Shown piece by piece: positions 13,893 to 26,835 of a DNA stretch of 64,000 nt. The DNA lies in contig NC_047021.1 in the NCBI RefSeq assembly GCF_902652985.1, positions 11,098,001-11,162,000 of the forward strand, read 5' to 3'. Position 1 is the stretch's first letter. Every line of letters starts with the position of its first letter. Below the pieces are notes generated by a model. The model was not told where the DNA came from. It saw nothing but the letters and a program-made list of their open reading frames with translations, and did not search any database. The position numbers and the translations under genes are program-made. Source of the stretch: Pecten maximus. Lineage: Eukaryota.

Positions 13893-14925
13893 TCCTACAC
13901 CATCCAAAACTGGACACAACATGCTAACGCCAACACGGAATTACTTACTTAAACCCTATTTTTCCCTTTCTACACAATCCGGAACAGGAAACAATCATGC
14001 AAAAACAATCCAGAACTACCCATGTACAAATGCCATTCTAGAAGTATGGTAAGCTGAGCAGTTTCGTGAGTATGTTTAAACAAATTCAAAGATTGCAAAG
14101 CAAGTTTTCAGAAGTATTTTATGGATAAAACAAATTCATATAAAATACAAATCTTGTAGAACAAATAGACGCTCCATGGACTAGGATGTAATACCGACAG
14201 GGATGACCACGTGACAACCGATAGGATGAGTCAAACTCTAGATACCCTGTCGAGCCGGAAGTAACGATGTTCGGTGATATATTGTTATTTCGCTGAAGAT
14301 GCAGTTTACAAGATTAACAAACTAATTTCAAGTCACACTCAGAACTAATGATAGAGTTCACACACATATTTCAGAATGGATACCGCTATACAGTATAATT
14401 GGTATTGTAGAGAAACATGTAACTAAAGCATTGGCTCTGTAAGATAACAATAACTTGTGAAATCATTGGTTCTAGAAAGTTCTGATTGGTAACGCCTATA
14501 TCAAAACAATAATACTAAAGCTTTATATAAATGACAGTTACACGAGCCGGTTTATATCATTGGTACAGACAATATTTAAACGTCACGGTTAATACCATTA
14601 TATTGTAGAGATTGTCATTACGGTTCCAAATATTGGCGGAAGTCTATCAGTCTCGGATAGGTAACTTCATTCGACAAACATGTAACATCTTCACTCAGGT
14701 ATTGTATCAATGTTAATATAACAACATATAGATATAGACACAAGGTATACACAGTATATATCACAGACGAGCATTGTAAAATCTCACACAGCCTGACAGA
14801 CGATTTCTCAGCGACACACTGAATTGGAGAACGCCGTCTTCAGAATTGGTCGGGTTCACCATGACGAGGTACAGGAGTTATCGGCGGTAGATCCCCCTTC
14901 GTTCAAACCTAGAAATATCGTGTCC

Positions 14926-15681
14926 TCATGTCGGCTCGAACTGCGTGACGAACACTGTCGGTAACCCGGATGTGTCTGCAATTGTCGTGTTTGACCGTTT
15001 GTTAGTGGACTGGAGGTTCCTTACATTTACCACTTTGTCCGCCGTGGACTCACGACTCAGCGTCAATGTAATGGGCGGTAGGATCAACTTAGGTGTTCTC
15101 CTTCCCGATCCGTTAGGTGGCGCCACGGACTTCCTTCGAACTGGACTACTTGATTTAGTTCTTTTATTCCTAACAAGTCCAAGGAGATCAGGAGTTCTCA
15201 TATTTCTATCGAACACTTCGGGTTTTTTCCTCTGTGATAATAACAGTTCAGCCTGTCGTTTCCGTTTTACATCTGGCGCCATTTCTACCAGCTGTTCGTT
15301 GATCTGCGGGTCCAAGTCCGTACGGTTGACTCCTTGACCGTACTTGCCATATCTTCCATCCCATGATGAATCATTATCCCTTTCCTTGGAAATCCCTTCT
15401 AGCACGTGTTTGTAGGCTAAGTGGTCCTTCAGGCACTCACGATAAAATGTTGTTTCGCGCTCTGTTTTCATTTCGAACAAATGTTTTGCCGTGTCAACAG
15501 TCTTCAGGGCAACATTAAGTCGTGAACCTTCCGAACGGTTGATGACTTCCGCCATCTTGCCCCGATAGTTACATTTACGTTTAAGGTTCTCCATCCGGGA
15601 CTCTGTATAGAACCCACCTGTGTAGTCATCATAGAACACCTTCCGTCTCTTGCTCATCCCATTATCGCTGCCGCAATTCAT
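14926..15681 (-). CDS. Uncharacterised 251-aa basic protein with an N-terminal coiled-coil block; paralog of 26047-26835
   Basis: 756-bp open frame, richer in GC than its flanks, with gapless similarity to the 26-kb ORF (e.g. LKDHLAYKHVLE vs LKRTLAYKLVVE). There is a candidate 5'UTR intron at about 15876-16076 (cag|gtatat ... cattccctacag). Confidence 0.85.
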   Translation of the reverse strand: MNCGSDNGMSKRRKVFYDDYTGGFYTESRMENLKRKCNYRGKMAEVINRSEGSRLNVALKTVDTAKHLFEMKTERETTFYRECLKDHLAYKHVLEGISKERDNDSSWDGRYGKYGQGVNRTDLDPQINEQLVEMAPDVKRKRQAELLLSQRKKPEVFDRNMRTPDLLGLVRNKRTKSSSPVRRKSVAPPNGSGRRTPKLILPPITLTLSRESTADKVVNVRNLQSTNKRSNTTIADTSGLPTVFVTQFEPT

Positions 15682-16571
15682 GCTGAAGACTGCCCTCCCC
15701 TACTACAATTATTCAGACAGGAGGTGCGTCAAATTCACATGGTTGTCAGGGCTTTGTTTTGAGTATTGAACTGGAATCCTCTGTCACACTAAAAACCAGG
15801 TTTTCATATATCAAAAATCATTTTACACCAAACAGATTCCGGAACTAGTCCGCCTTGCTAGGACACACAGATCTCTGTAGGGAATGTGACTGGTTACCAT
15901 ACACTCCTCCACACATGGGTATACACCGTACACAAATGCCTTTACTTTCCGTTACTTAGACTCACAAAGTCCGTCTAATACCCGACATTGTTCAGCGACT
16001 ATAGACTCACTGATCCTTAGCCAGAATAGTGGGCTAATGCGCCTCTCAATGACTGCGCATGCATATCCGATATACCTGTCTCTCTCTCTCTCTAACGGGT
16101 ACCTGAATCACCGGTAAACATTAGCGACCCTTTCCCTAACACTGTCTGGGATCATTGTATACTTTGTATATTAGTATATTGATTAATGATATGGGGGAAA
16201 ATGATCTTTTGTGAGGTTTGTCGTTGTGATTGTGAGTGACGATGCCGGGGAACAGGACTCTATGTTAGTGCCAGCTCGGGCGTGATGTTATTTATAAGAG
16301 GTTTAATTCACTTATAGAATCAACTAAACTGTACATTTCTTGCTGTATATATACACACGTCCTTTAATATGTAATTTTTAGGTAGATAATATCCGTAGGG
16401 ACCATCCGCCGTGAGAGTCGACACATATGTACAAACACGTACGCGTGACAACTTGTTGTTATTAAACTTGTCAGAAACCAATTATGCGTTTCTTCACTAT
16501 TGTGTCTAGTTTTCTATTGATTTAAATCGAATATACGGGGTTCCGAATGTGGCCCGACTAACACTCATTCT

Positions 16572-16640
16572 ATACAGGTGTTACCGGGTCTCTATGTCCT
16601 ATATACAGGTGTTACCGGGCCTTTATGTCCTATATACAGG
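16572..16640. repeat. 31-bp tandem duplication
   Basis: tatacaggtgttaccgggYctYtatgtccta, about 2.3 copies. Confidence 0.7.
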
Positions 16641-18263
16641 ACGATCCGGGTTATGTAATAAGGTAGATGTTCGGTAATGACCCGTGAGTCGGCATATCAC
16701 TCGCCTAACGCCTCTATCTCATGTTACTGATGTTTTATACCAAAGCACGTCATGTCGAACAACACATTGACGTCATTACACACGGATGAATGGTATTCAG
16801 GTTTAATTCGATTGTATTGCTTTTAAATAACCTGCTTTGATCTTTCTTGTATTCCTACCTTAAGACTACGAGCTATCACAGCTCAGGACTAGCCACTGCA
16901 GTAACGACAGACGTAAGTTTTCTGGTTCTGAAATAAAAATTGGACCAAGGAATTTGTGACTGATGATTTATGAAAAATGATATACATACACATTACATGT
17001 AACAGACAGAAAATCAATCATAACTCGTGAATTTTACAAGTCAAAAAGTAAACTGAAGGGAAATAACCCGTACAAATCATAAATGTTCGCTCCTGACGGT
17101 CTACACCAAAGGGAAATGTCAAAAATGAAGGCTCGCCCACCACCATCCTGTGGATAAAACAAAAAGACTAGTTTGACCCTTTTCCGTTCAAACTAGGCAA
17201 ATTATTCCTTCCTCCAGCTTTTTCAAACATTGGTGCCATTTGACTATTGCAGAGGCTGCCTGGTATGTAAGTAACAGTCTTCACATTCCATTACACGGAC
17301 AACCATCAGCCTCTGTCCTTTGTTGAAGGGAACTACTGTATCTACCTCAGCAGTACTTTGTCTGTATGAGCGCTCCGTACACTAAGTGTTTATCCACGTT
17401 TCATCTAAAAAAGTGTTTCTTTTCTTTTTCTCCCTCATCCCGATAACTCTTTGTTTACCGAGGTAATTGGCAGCAATAATCACAGCATAGGACCGCTCTT
17501 ATTCAAAGTTACTGTTGTTGTTGTTGTTGTTTTCTATTTCCATGATATTTTTTGTTTGTGTTGTCAATGTTTCCAAGAAAATATTTTTTCTTCAGTAGCT
17601 TGATATGTAGACGTTTAAAAGTTAGCTGGAGCTGTTTCAATATTTGTGTATTTTTCAGCAAATGACACCAGCATCTAAATATCTAAGTCAACATACTTAC
17701 TAGCCGTTTATTTTTTTTGCATCGGGAGTTTTACGAGAGAAAAAACACTCGATGATTCTTACTTAAGATAGTTCGTAACACTCGATACTATTTGTTTTTT
17801 TCTCGGCAGATAATAGTTTGAATACTTCTTCGTACGCCGCTAGAAGAAACTGATCTCCTTTTTCACGTTTGATAGCAAATCCTGCATGTCGAATTGCTCG
17901 TTAATTGGCAAATACGACACTGTTCAAAGAGATACCATATTAGCCGAAAACATTCCATTTATTATTTTAATAATAAGATGTCAGCAACAGTTTCTGTGCA
18001 TATGAAAGTATTTAGTAGTATGTCGGCTTATATTGAGACGAACCTAATAATTTAGAGTTTGTGATCAACATATAATCAACATATGCTTGTTACAATTTAT
18101 GCTCAGAAATTATGTTCACATCATTCCTTGTTGAATTGAAAGATTTTGCATAGTACTTCGCACAGTTGACACCATCATAGGCTGTCAGGCTTGTAGAGAT
18201 GTATCGATAGTTCTTTCCTTTATTCTTACTGACGCATACTTGTTTGGACTTCCGGTTGCTTAA

Positions 18264-19230
18264 TTGTACTGTTCAACTGTCTGGAGTAAACCTAGCAACA
18301 AAATGTATATAGATATGGTCTTAAAATTACAGAAAAGAGCAGCTAGGATATTATTAAATGTTAGAGATATTCTTACTCCCTCCAAATCCCTCTTTGAAAA
18401 ATTAAAATGGATGCCAATTGCAGACTTTTACGATTTTAGAAAAATGGTTTTGTGTTACAAAATTTTACATTGTGAATCACCAGGTATTTAACAAACATGT
18501 TTTCTTATGTAAAAAATGTGAATGGCAGAACAACTAGATCTTCTATATCAAACAAATTGTATGTTCCAACAGCCAGAACAAACTATTTCAAACGTTCATT
18601 TGTATATACATGTTCAATTTTATGGAACGAAGCTAATGATACTATTAGAGACTCAGTTAGTATTGGGATTTTTAAAACTAGATACCTGCAGCTTTACTTC
18701 TCAAAATCTTAGTTATATATATATATATATACTGCAATATTTTACAAATTACTTCAACTAGTCTAGTTTTAATTTCTAAATATTTCTTTTGTGATTATTA
18801 ATAGAATATATAGTTATATCTGTGATTCATCCCTTACACTGATATTTTAGTATAGTAATATTCAATCTTCTAAATTTAATTTTAGATCACCTACTTCATT
18901 GTACCATTTTAATTCACACTATATTAGTGTATATTCTGTCAATTTTTACCTTTTGCTATATTAGCATTGTATGTATATTCGACTCCTTGTGCTTTAATCG
19001 TGTCCTTCAGCAACACTTGTGTGATATACAAGCGTTCATTTATAAATCATATTTAAGCTGTGATGATAATTATATATTTATTACATTGTTATATTATATC
19101 GTTATTTTAAATTATGCCATGCTTGTGTAAATATATTTGATGCAGGGCCATGTTGTAAACTAGACATTGTCTAAATATGTTACCCTGGTTAAATAAAAGA
19201 TATTATTATTATTATTATTATTATAATTAT
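18264..19230 (+). mobile_element. 5'-truncated CR1/L2-group LINE (ORF2 C-terminus, 3'UTR and (ATT)n tail)
   Basis: YCSTVW...LQKRAARILL...LKW...(frameshift)...TRS...LYVP.ARTNYFKRSF.Y....LWN...FK is the typical post-RT region. The element ends aataaaagat(att)n at 19192-19230. Confidence 0.85.
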
Positions 19231-19239
19231 TTTACAGAC

Positions 19240-21420
19240 ATTTCTTTAATCGTATGTAACCAGGAAGTTTCAGGTGTGCACATAAACAGTTTCATATATA
19301 TAAGAAAAAAATAGGGGAGGGGGTCTCATCCTGCGTTTAGTCTATGAGACACTCAAACCCATTTTAAAAAGATGTCTTCCTTCATCAGGATGGATGACAA
19401 AACTGTCTTGTCTAGTTGTCTACAGCATACAGGAGTTCTACAGGGGTTTCAGTTCGTTCATGTAGGGACATATTTCTAACACGGTTATTGCTCATTTAGT
19501 AAAAGGTTGGCTGGAATTTTGCTTGGTGGTTGGTCCAGTGTTAATTGAGTATTGATTTTAAAAGTATTTGTGCTTGGAGCGCTTACAACGTCTTCAGGAA
19601 GAGAGTTCCAAGTGCTCACAACTCGTTTGCTGAAAAAGTTCCCAGATTTGCTTTACCTAAAAGGGTTGTTTTTGTGTTTGTCTTCTGGGGTGTTTCCTGG
19701 TTGTTGATTGGTCTGTTTCCTGGAATGGCGGGTACACATCAAGAATGTCCAGTTTGTTTGTTTATATGATATCGGTCCGTTCCCCTTCGGTATTCCAATG
19801 TTGGTAATCTAAGCTTTAGTAGCCTTTGTATGATAAGATTTTCAGACTCGGTATTCTTTTTGTGGCTCTTCTTTGTACGTTTTTAATGATGACCTTGTCT
19901 TTATCAGGGTTGGCGATGAAATATGTATGTTTCGGGAAAATTTCTGTGAGACAAATAATGTCTGGACTAACATTTTCTATGATATCCAGTAGTTGGATCC
20001 TTTGGTCATAAGAAAGAATATAAAATCGTCATGTACTTTGTTTTGTCGTTGAGTGAATCTGTCTTGATTAGGTTGGAATTAAAAGAGTTAAAACCTAGAT
20101 CCTATGGTCCTTTGTCTACTTCAGGGGAAATTGGAAGTGAAGTTGGCATGTTTCAAGCTAGGTGTGAATCTGAATAGATGATCGTAGAATCCTCGTTTTT
20201 GATGTTGTCCATCAAGGTATTGTTATGGTTCACACTCTGGTCGTGAGTTCCTGATGTCCACCATGTGCTATTGGATTTGGGGGTAGATACACGTTTTTGT
20301 TATTGTCTCTTCTCGCAGTTTAGTGCCAGATCGTACCTCTTTAGTGTCTGGTCTAACATATCTCTATTAGATGCCACATGTGTTTTCTGTTTCACAATAG
20401 TAGGTATAAGAGATCCCGAGTCGGAGCATTCCCCAAACATCGGATTACCCTTCATGCTATGTTGGAATGAGCTCACGGGCAGGGAAGCTGTTACTTGGGT
20501 TTGTGTTGTAATATTTACATTTCCACTGTGTGTTCTCTATATGAAAATACTAGCAAAATTAGCGTTCATTCCTAGGTGAACAATTAACCTGCCGCGTATG
20601 AATACATACAGTACATTGTTGACGGTGCCATACGTCAACATTGAGAATGTAGAAGTGTGAATATAAAATCGCGTTTGATTACACATGAAATAATGTTTAT
20701 CAACTTTAAAACTTGTTAATAATTGTTAAATTGAAGACAACATTTCAATATTTTTCTTTCATGGTGATTAAAATAATGCATTTGTGTGGAACTATATTTT
20801 GTGTACTTGTGTACTTGATTACCTTTCCCGTCAAATTGGAACTATCTGTTACGCTGTTACATCGATCATTCAGCTGTTTCGTCACTACGTATAACGAACA
20901 TAGAATACTGTTTCTTATGATTTTTTTTCAAAGATTACGTTGAAAAATAGTTTTGAAATGTAAATATAAGAAATAATTGTTATTTTTTGTTGTTCACTGG
21001 TGTAGAACGGCATTTTTTGACAGATATTTCAACATGACGCGCTGATGCTCGTCATTTAAAATATCTGTCAAAAAATGCCGTTCATACACCAGTGAACAAC
21101 AAAAAATAACAATTATTTCTTAAGTGAACCATTTCTTTCTACATGTATTCTAATGTCTTGTCTTTTTCCTCGTTGGTCTTGGGGATAGAACCATAAGTGT
21201 GAGAGGTCCGGAGTCGGGGCATTCCCCATACGTCTGGTAACCACTCATCCTATGTCTAACTGATCTTGAGGACTGGGAAGCGGCGACTTATTTTATAGTA
21301 GTGCTATTTCGTTCCGCTTGCATCATGTTCTCCTTTCTTTCTTTCCTTTGTTCTAAGGTTAGATCGTTAATCAGGATTACCTGTTTTAGATATTAAGGAC
21401 CTAGACTGAAATAAATCACA
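19240..21420 (-). mobile_element. Decayed, internally deleted CR1-type LINE interrupted by a palindromic element
   Basis: Minus-strand motifs: ORF1-like VILINDLTLEQRKERK (~21330-21390), APE endonuclease PDIICLTE (~19940-19965), IKNVQRRATKRIP (~19850-19887) and NFFSKRVVSTWNSLPEDVVSAPSTNTFK (~19555-19643). Boundaries are approximate. Confidence 0.75.
20512..21122. mobile_element. Non-autonomous element with 12-bp subterminal inverted repeats and a terminal ~156-bp palindrome (possibly Crypton-type)
   Basis: tatttacatttc (20512-20523) pairs with gaaatgtaaata (20955-20966). A near-perfect hairpin follows at 20967-21122. The element is inserted into the CR1 relic. Confidence 0.7.
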
Positions 21421-22479
21421 ACACCAATGGTCAGTGTCATCTCCGCCCAGTTCTGGTATGGTCATAGGAATACGAATTGAAGAATCTAAAAAGATAGTTA
21501 TATATTTAGTACCGGCGGCCTAAACTCTAAGAAGATAGTTATCTATTTAGTCCCGGCGGTCTACATTCTAAGCTCTTCATTCTGCCAGCATAGAACTATC
21601 TCTAACAAAACTTTTCTATAAATACCTAGAGCAAAACCTCATCTCATAATCGGATAAAATTGTCATACGAAACTACGAACAGCTACCGCCCCATCAGGCT
21701 GATACATGCTGCCCACTAGATTATTTCAAAGAATAATGACAGACGGACTTGTATTACCTACAAGAATGTATGGAAGAAAATAATTTTCGATCCAAATGCC
21801 ACCAAGAATTCAAGAAAGTATAGCTCCTATACCACTTTACCATTAGAAGCGTTGGAGGACTGGGCCTAGGCCTGCAACAGAAATTAAACAACCAACAGAT
21901 GCTATAACACTTTACCATTATAAGCGTTAGAAGACTGGGCCGATATGGAAATTAACCAACAGATGTCATCCTGGTAAAGCGGTGTCCGCCCAGTATTCCG
22001 AAGGCCCGTTACTCCGAAGGCCCGATAGTGCGAATGGCTATGATTGTAGTAGTCTGAGAGAAACGTTTAACATAATTTACCCGGATACTTTTTCTGGTAT
22101 TTTTGGATTATTATAATCATTTCAAGTTAGCATACGTTTTTTTTTATTGGGGTAAGTAGGACGTTTTGAAGTGAAAGAAAATTCATTTAACATGTCAAAT
22201 AATATTAAAAGGAAAATTGCGATAGATAAGGATTCAAGGTATCTCGTTTCCCGAAAGGGTTCTAACTACATCTGATTCGCTTAATATTGTTTTTTGAGCC
22301 ACATCATAATATTAAGCGAATCAGATGATGAGTTAAATGATATGTTAGGTGATGATGAGTTAGATGATGGATTAAATGATATGTTAGACGATAATGTTAT
22401 AATGGAATATTGTTGCATGGTGTTAAATAAAATTGAAATAAAGTTAAAAAAATGTTGTACTCTGTGTTATGAATCATAG

Positions 22480-23270
22480 GACAAAGTCTCACACCAAACA
22501 ATCTCCTCCAAACTCAGGAATTATGATCTTAAAGGTCAAGTCTGAAATTGGATTCAAGCTTTTTACAGGATCTCAAACATCCAGCCAAACAGCCGCGTGT
22601 TCTGGATTCCCTAAGGGAGTTTTACGGAATCAGTGGTATTAATCATCTATATCAGTGATTTCCCAGACCAATACTCACTACAACATGTACATGAATATAT
22701 GCTTCCGTACAGCGAGAATCAACCTTCTCACTCAGTCTGTACCTGGACTACTCGGTGGCTGATGATAAAAATACCTAACAGTGCCATAACCCAAGAAATG
22801 GAAGCAAGGAAAACCATCGACAATACTTCATTAAACAGGAACTCTAAAGGAAGAATATCCAGGAGTCAACCGCAGTCTCGATAACAAGTAGAAACATGGG
22901 ACTTAATACTCATAACATGGACCACAATATGTTCATGTATGTGTGCAAGGCATTACTCAGACCTGACCCTGAATATGTCTCTCATCTGGTCACCACGCCT
23001 AATAAAGACTAAATAGCTATTGAACATGTACAATATAGAGCAATTAGACTGATGCATAGCCTAAAACACTTAGCACATCCCGACGGACTCTCAACTCTAG
23101 ATTCAAAATTTTGGGAGAGATAGATATATTGAACCAAGACGAAATGTTTATAAGGCACTAGTATTTGGCTCTGGAGGACGCATATTATTAACTCGTCTAT
23201 GGTATGTATGGAACGGCCTGCCTAATGGAGTCGTTGGATCCACGACGACAAAATAAGCTAAACCTGTTAT
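22480..23270 (+). mobile_element. Highly decayed CR1-type LINE reverse transcriptase relic
   Basis: Degenerate DKVSHQTISSKLRNYDLKGQV*NWIQAF (cf. FDKVPH..LL.KL..YGI.G..L.WI..FL), GIP*GS...LIIYISDFP (cf. GVPQGSVLGP.LF.IYINDLP) and KALLRP.PEY...WSP...IEHVQYRA. Confidence 0.75.
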
Positions 23271-25025
23271 GGACACGCTATCATCTGATGACGTTTTAAG
23301 CCTTAAGCTGTGATCAGACATTATTTATTCTAATCCAACCTCACATACCACAAGTGTATATAGTGTAGTACAGTGTTTAAAAAACAACCAAGCCGATTGC
23401 GTTTTATTAAGTAACAGATATGGCTTGCTATCGGCGTCTAAAACTATACTTTAATGTGAATTGTGCGTAGTGTTACCTGTAAAAATGGTTTCTTTCGCTC
23501 GGCTGTCACTGACTGTCTGCATTAAAAAGGGAAACAACTGTTCAGCCTGCGAACACATATGTTACCGAATTTATCAAACAGTCGCGGTATCTTATTGGAC
23601 ATAAACGTTTATAGGTAGGTTTAGTGTGTTTTAAGAATAAATTTTGAAAAAAACACTTACATGTACTACAGTAAACTACAGCTAACAATATTGCTTTTTT
23701 TAAATAGCAAGAATTATTATCACACGCGAAAACTATTCCAAAAAGTTTACACTGTAAGCGTCCAGAGGTTATCGCCCTTTGAATCAAATATTGCAAGTAT
23801 ATAGGAAGAATACATGTGTCAGAAGATCTTGCAGCAATACAACCTACAGAATCTCGTGTAGAGTAAGTTTCATTTTAGTCATACGACATTGAAAGTAGGT
23901 CTGACATTTGGTGGTTTTTATTTTTGATATTTCTATAACCTTTGTAATACAGAATAAGTTTCTTTTTACTTATTCGATCCAGAAAGTTATAGAGCACATA
24001 TCATTTGTACTTAATTCACATCTCTACTCTATACTCTATTCAATTAGCACAATCAAGATTTATTTAATTTTGAAAGTGTATCAATTCCAACTGAATTTAT
24101 CTTGAAAAGCCTTTACTAAAACATATTTTCAATCTGATCCCTGTCACTCATAATGTAGTAATGATGTGAATACCAGGTATTTCGTCTACAAAGAAGGCGG
24201 CTCAGCTTTAAACTGGAGACGTGGAGATAGTGAACGAGTGATTGAACGGTATTTAATGTAAATATACATGTAACATGAAATAAATGTTTTTTATCAGATC
24301 GAAGACTTCATTTTTATTTATGTGCATGTACTTCATCATATGTACATGTGATTTAAAGTTTGCCTAGAAAATTATTTTAAACTTTGGTATAAGATATGTA
24401 ACAGCCGGGAGCATAAATATATAATGAGAAAATAGTGAATTGTTCAGCTGTGTCCAAATGTTTATCATAGCTACTAAACGTTTCTGATACCATATTCAAC
24501 GCTTTCGAATTAAATCACGTACCTGAGGACAACATAATTTGCACTATCTGTTTATTTTTCTTCATCAATTTGAAGACATGCATAATCATGAAAGCTTTGA
24601 TTTGGTTTAAGACCACCAAGAAATAAGATAATCAGTCAAGCTCACCAACCACACCCTCTTCCATGCACACCCTCCCCCTCCTATGTATATATGTATAAAC
24701 AGTAGAAGAATCAAACTTAAGGAGTTTATAATTCAATCGAATCTTTTTTCACATTTTGATTTATTTCTGATCTTGTCCATCTCGATATTGAAAATTTCAA
24801 TTGAAGGAAAGTAGTTTAACATAAGCTTTACAGATTGTTTCCATATTCTGTTCAGTCTTGAAGCGATATTTATTGTATTTTGTCCTTCTGTACGAAATAA
24901 AGTTGATACTGATATATGATTACGGGTTTTACTGTCTTTCGGATTTGACAGAGTGCGTGGGTGGAGCGCACGGAGTACGAATCTCCAGGCGTCGGAATGT
25001 CAGTCGATAAGGGCGTGATGCCCTC

Positions 25026-25572
25026 AATACAAAACACAATTCTCTGTTTTATAATGTTATTTTATATAACCTTCTGAATACAAAACGCAATATTATTTTA
25101 TAAAACCTTCAGAATGCAAAACACTTCGGAATACAAAACACAATATTATTTTATAATGTTGTTTTATATCACCTTCGGAATATAAAATAAAATTATCTGT
25201 TTGATAATGTTATTTTATATGACCTTCGGAATACAAAACAACATTCTGTGTTTATAATGCTATTTTATCTAACCTTCGGAATACAAAACACAATGTTATC
25301 TTATATGACCTTCGGAGTATAAAACACAATTCTCTGTTTTATAATGTTGTTTTATATGACCTTCGGAATACAAAACACAATTCTCTGTTTTATAATGTAT
25401 TTTATATGACCTTCGGAATGCAAACCAATATTATTTCATATAACCTTTGGAATACCTAACCAAAATATTTTATACAACCTTCGGAATACAAAACACATTA
25501 TTAATTATATAGCATTCGAAATACAAAACACAATTCTCTGTTTTATAATGTTATTTTAGATACTTTTCGGAA
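25026..25572. repeat. Degenerate 35-55 bp tandem repeat array
   Basis: Recurring ccttcggaatacaaaacacaattctctgttttataatgttRttttatatga units of variable length. Confidence 0.85.
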
Positions 25573-26046
25573 CCCCACATGATTTTAAAACAACACATTA
25601 GTCCATAGCTAAACAAATCAATATTGAATGTATATACGATTGTATACGACTGGTATCCGGCGATGTATCAGTGCTGATAATGTTATGAGGCAGTTCAGGA
25701 TTGATAATTACCCAATGTTTTATAGCATAAACGATGAAGACACAAATAAATTATAACATAGAATTCGTTGACCATGAACACGCTGCATATGAAGCAGATA
25801 CCTTTTATGACATTTGACATTTCCGTTTCATACCAAATCCACTCCTTTGTAAGCGAAACATACGAAAAGAAGGTGTGAATCAATCGTGCAATCAGACTCG
25901 ATGATTCATTCTCTGAGACAAGGAGAACAAAAATAGTGTACTTAAACCCAGTCGGTGTCTCCAGGAGGCTACATAGACGTCGACAACTACCCTACCATAC
26001 GTAAATTCGACCACACAAACCACTTAATAAGAACCTCCCTAGCTCA

Positions 26047-26835
26047 TTAATGCACAGCTATCTCTGGGGGCAATGTTTTATGAAGTTGGACGGGAGGAAG
26101 GTCGTAATCTCTTTTAGTTGGGGAGGGGTTAGCATCCATAACGTCCATAGATTTCTGGGCATTTTCCAAAAGAAAGGAACGTGAGACAGTATGCTTTTTC
26201 AACGGAAGGACTGGCTTAAAAGGCAGACGACGACGACCGAATATACTTCCGGCACCACTGGGTCCGGCCGTAGACGGGGCTCTCGATTCCTCCTCATCGT
26301 CTTTCTTCTTGTTGAGTAAATCCTCATCGAACAAAAATCTAGACGTACGCTTTGGCGGACAAATGAGATCTAATGAGTTCTTGTTTCTTTGGATTATGGT
26401 ATTGTAGCGTTGACGAGTTTCGTTGATAAGGGCCTTAGCCTTTCTTTCGCGCACTTTTTCTGGTTCCATGTACTGTATCATGTGCTTAATGTCATGTCGA
26501 AGCGCTGTGCTGGAGTAATTGTCATTGAGCGCCTTTTGGTAGTCAGGCGCATTCGTCACGTTATGTTTCTCCACCACTAGTTTGTAGGCCAGCGTGCGCT
26601 TCAGACTGTCCATTACCGCCTGTCGCTCGCGTTCCCTGCGCCTGATGTCAATCTCCGCGTGACGATCGAAGAACTTTAGTTTGATTCGCGTGAGTTTGTT
26701 TTCAACATAATTGAAAGCGCGAATTCTTTTCTTGCTTCCATCAGTCATACGCATGGTCGACATAAATCTGGAATTCTTGTTGAAGGCACTACTATCGGCC
26801 ATCATCGTCAATTTCTTGTTGTGCACTTGTGGCAT
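26047..26835 (-). CDS. Uncharacterised 262-aa basic protein with an N-terminal coiled-coil block; paralog of 14926-15681
   Basis: Long GC-richer ORF. A strong acceptor (tgttcttattttttag|A ATG CCA) sits just before the ATG at 26835, so the ORF-track start at 26895 is probably intronic. A candidate upstream donor ccg|gttagt lies at about 27369. Confidence 0.85.
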   Translation of the reverse strand: MPQVHNKKLTMMADSSAFNKNSRFMSTMRMTDGSKKRIRAFNYVENKLTRIKLKFFDRHAEIDIRRRERERQAVMDSLKRTLAYKLVVEKHNVTNAPDYQKALNDNYSSTALRHDIKHMIQYMEPEKVRERKAKALINETRQRYNTIIQRNKNSLDLICPPKRTSRFLFDEDLLNKKKDDEEESRAPSTAGPSGAGSIFGRRRLPFKPVLPLKKHTVSRSFLLENAQKSMDVMDANPSPTKRDYDLPPVQLHKTLPPEIAVH

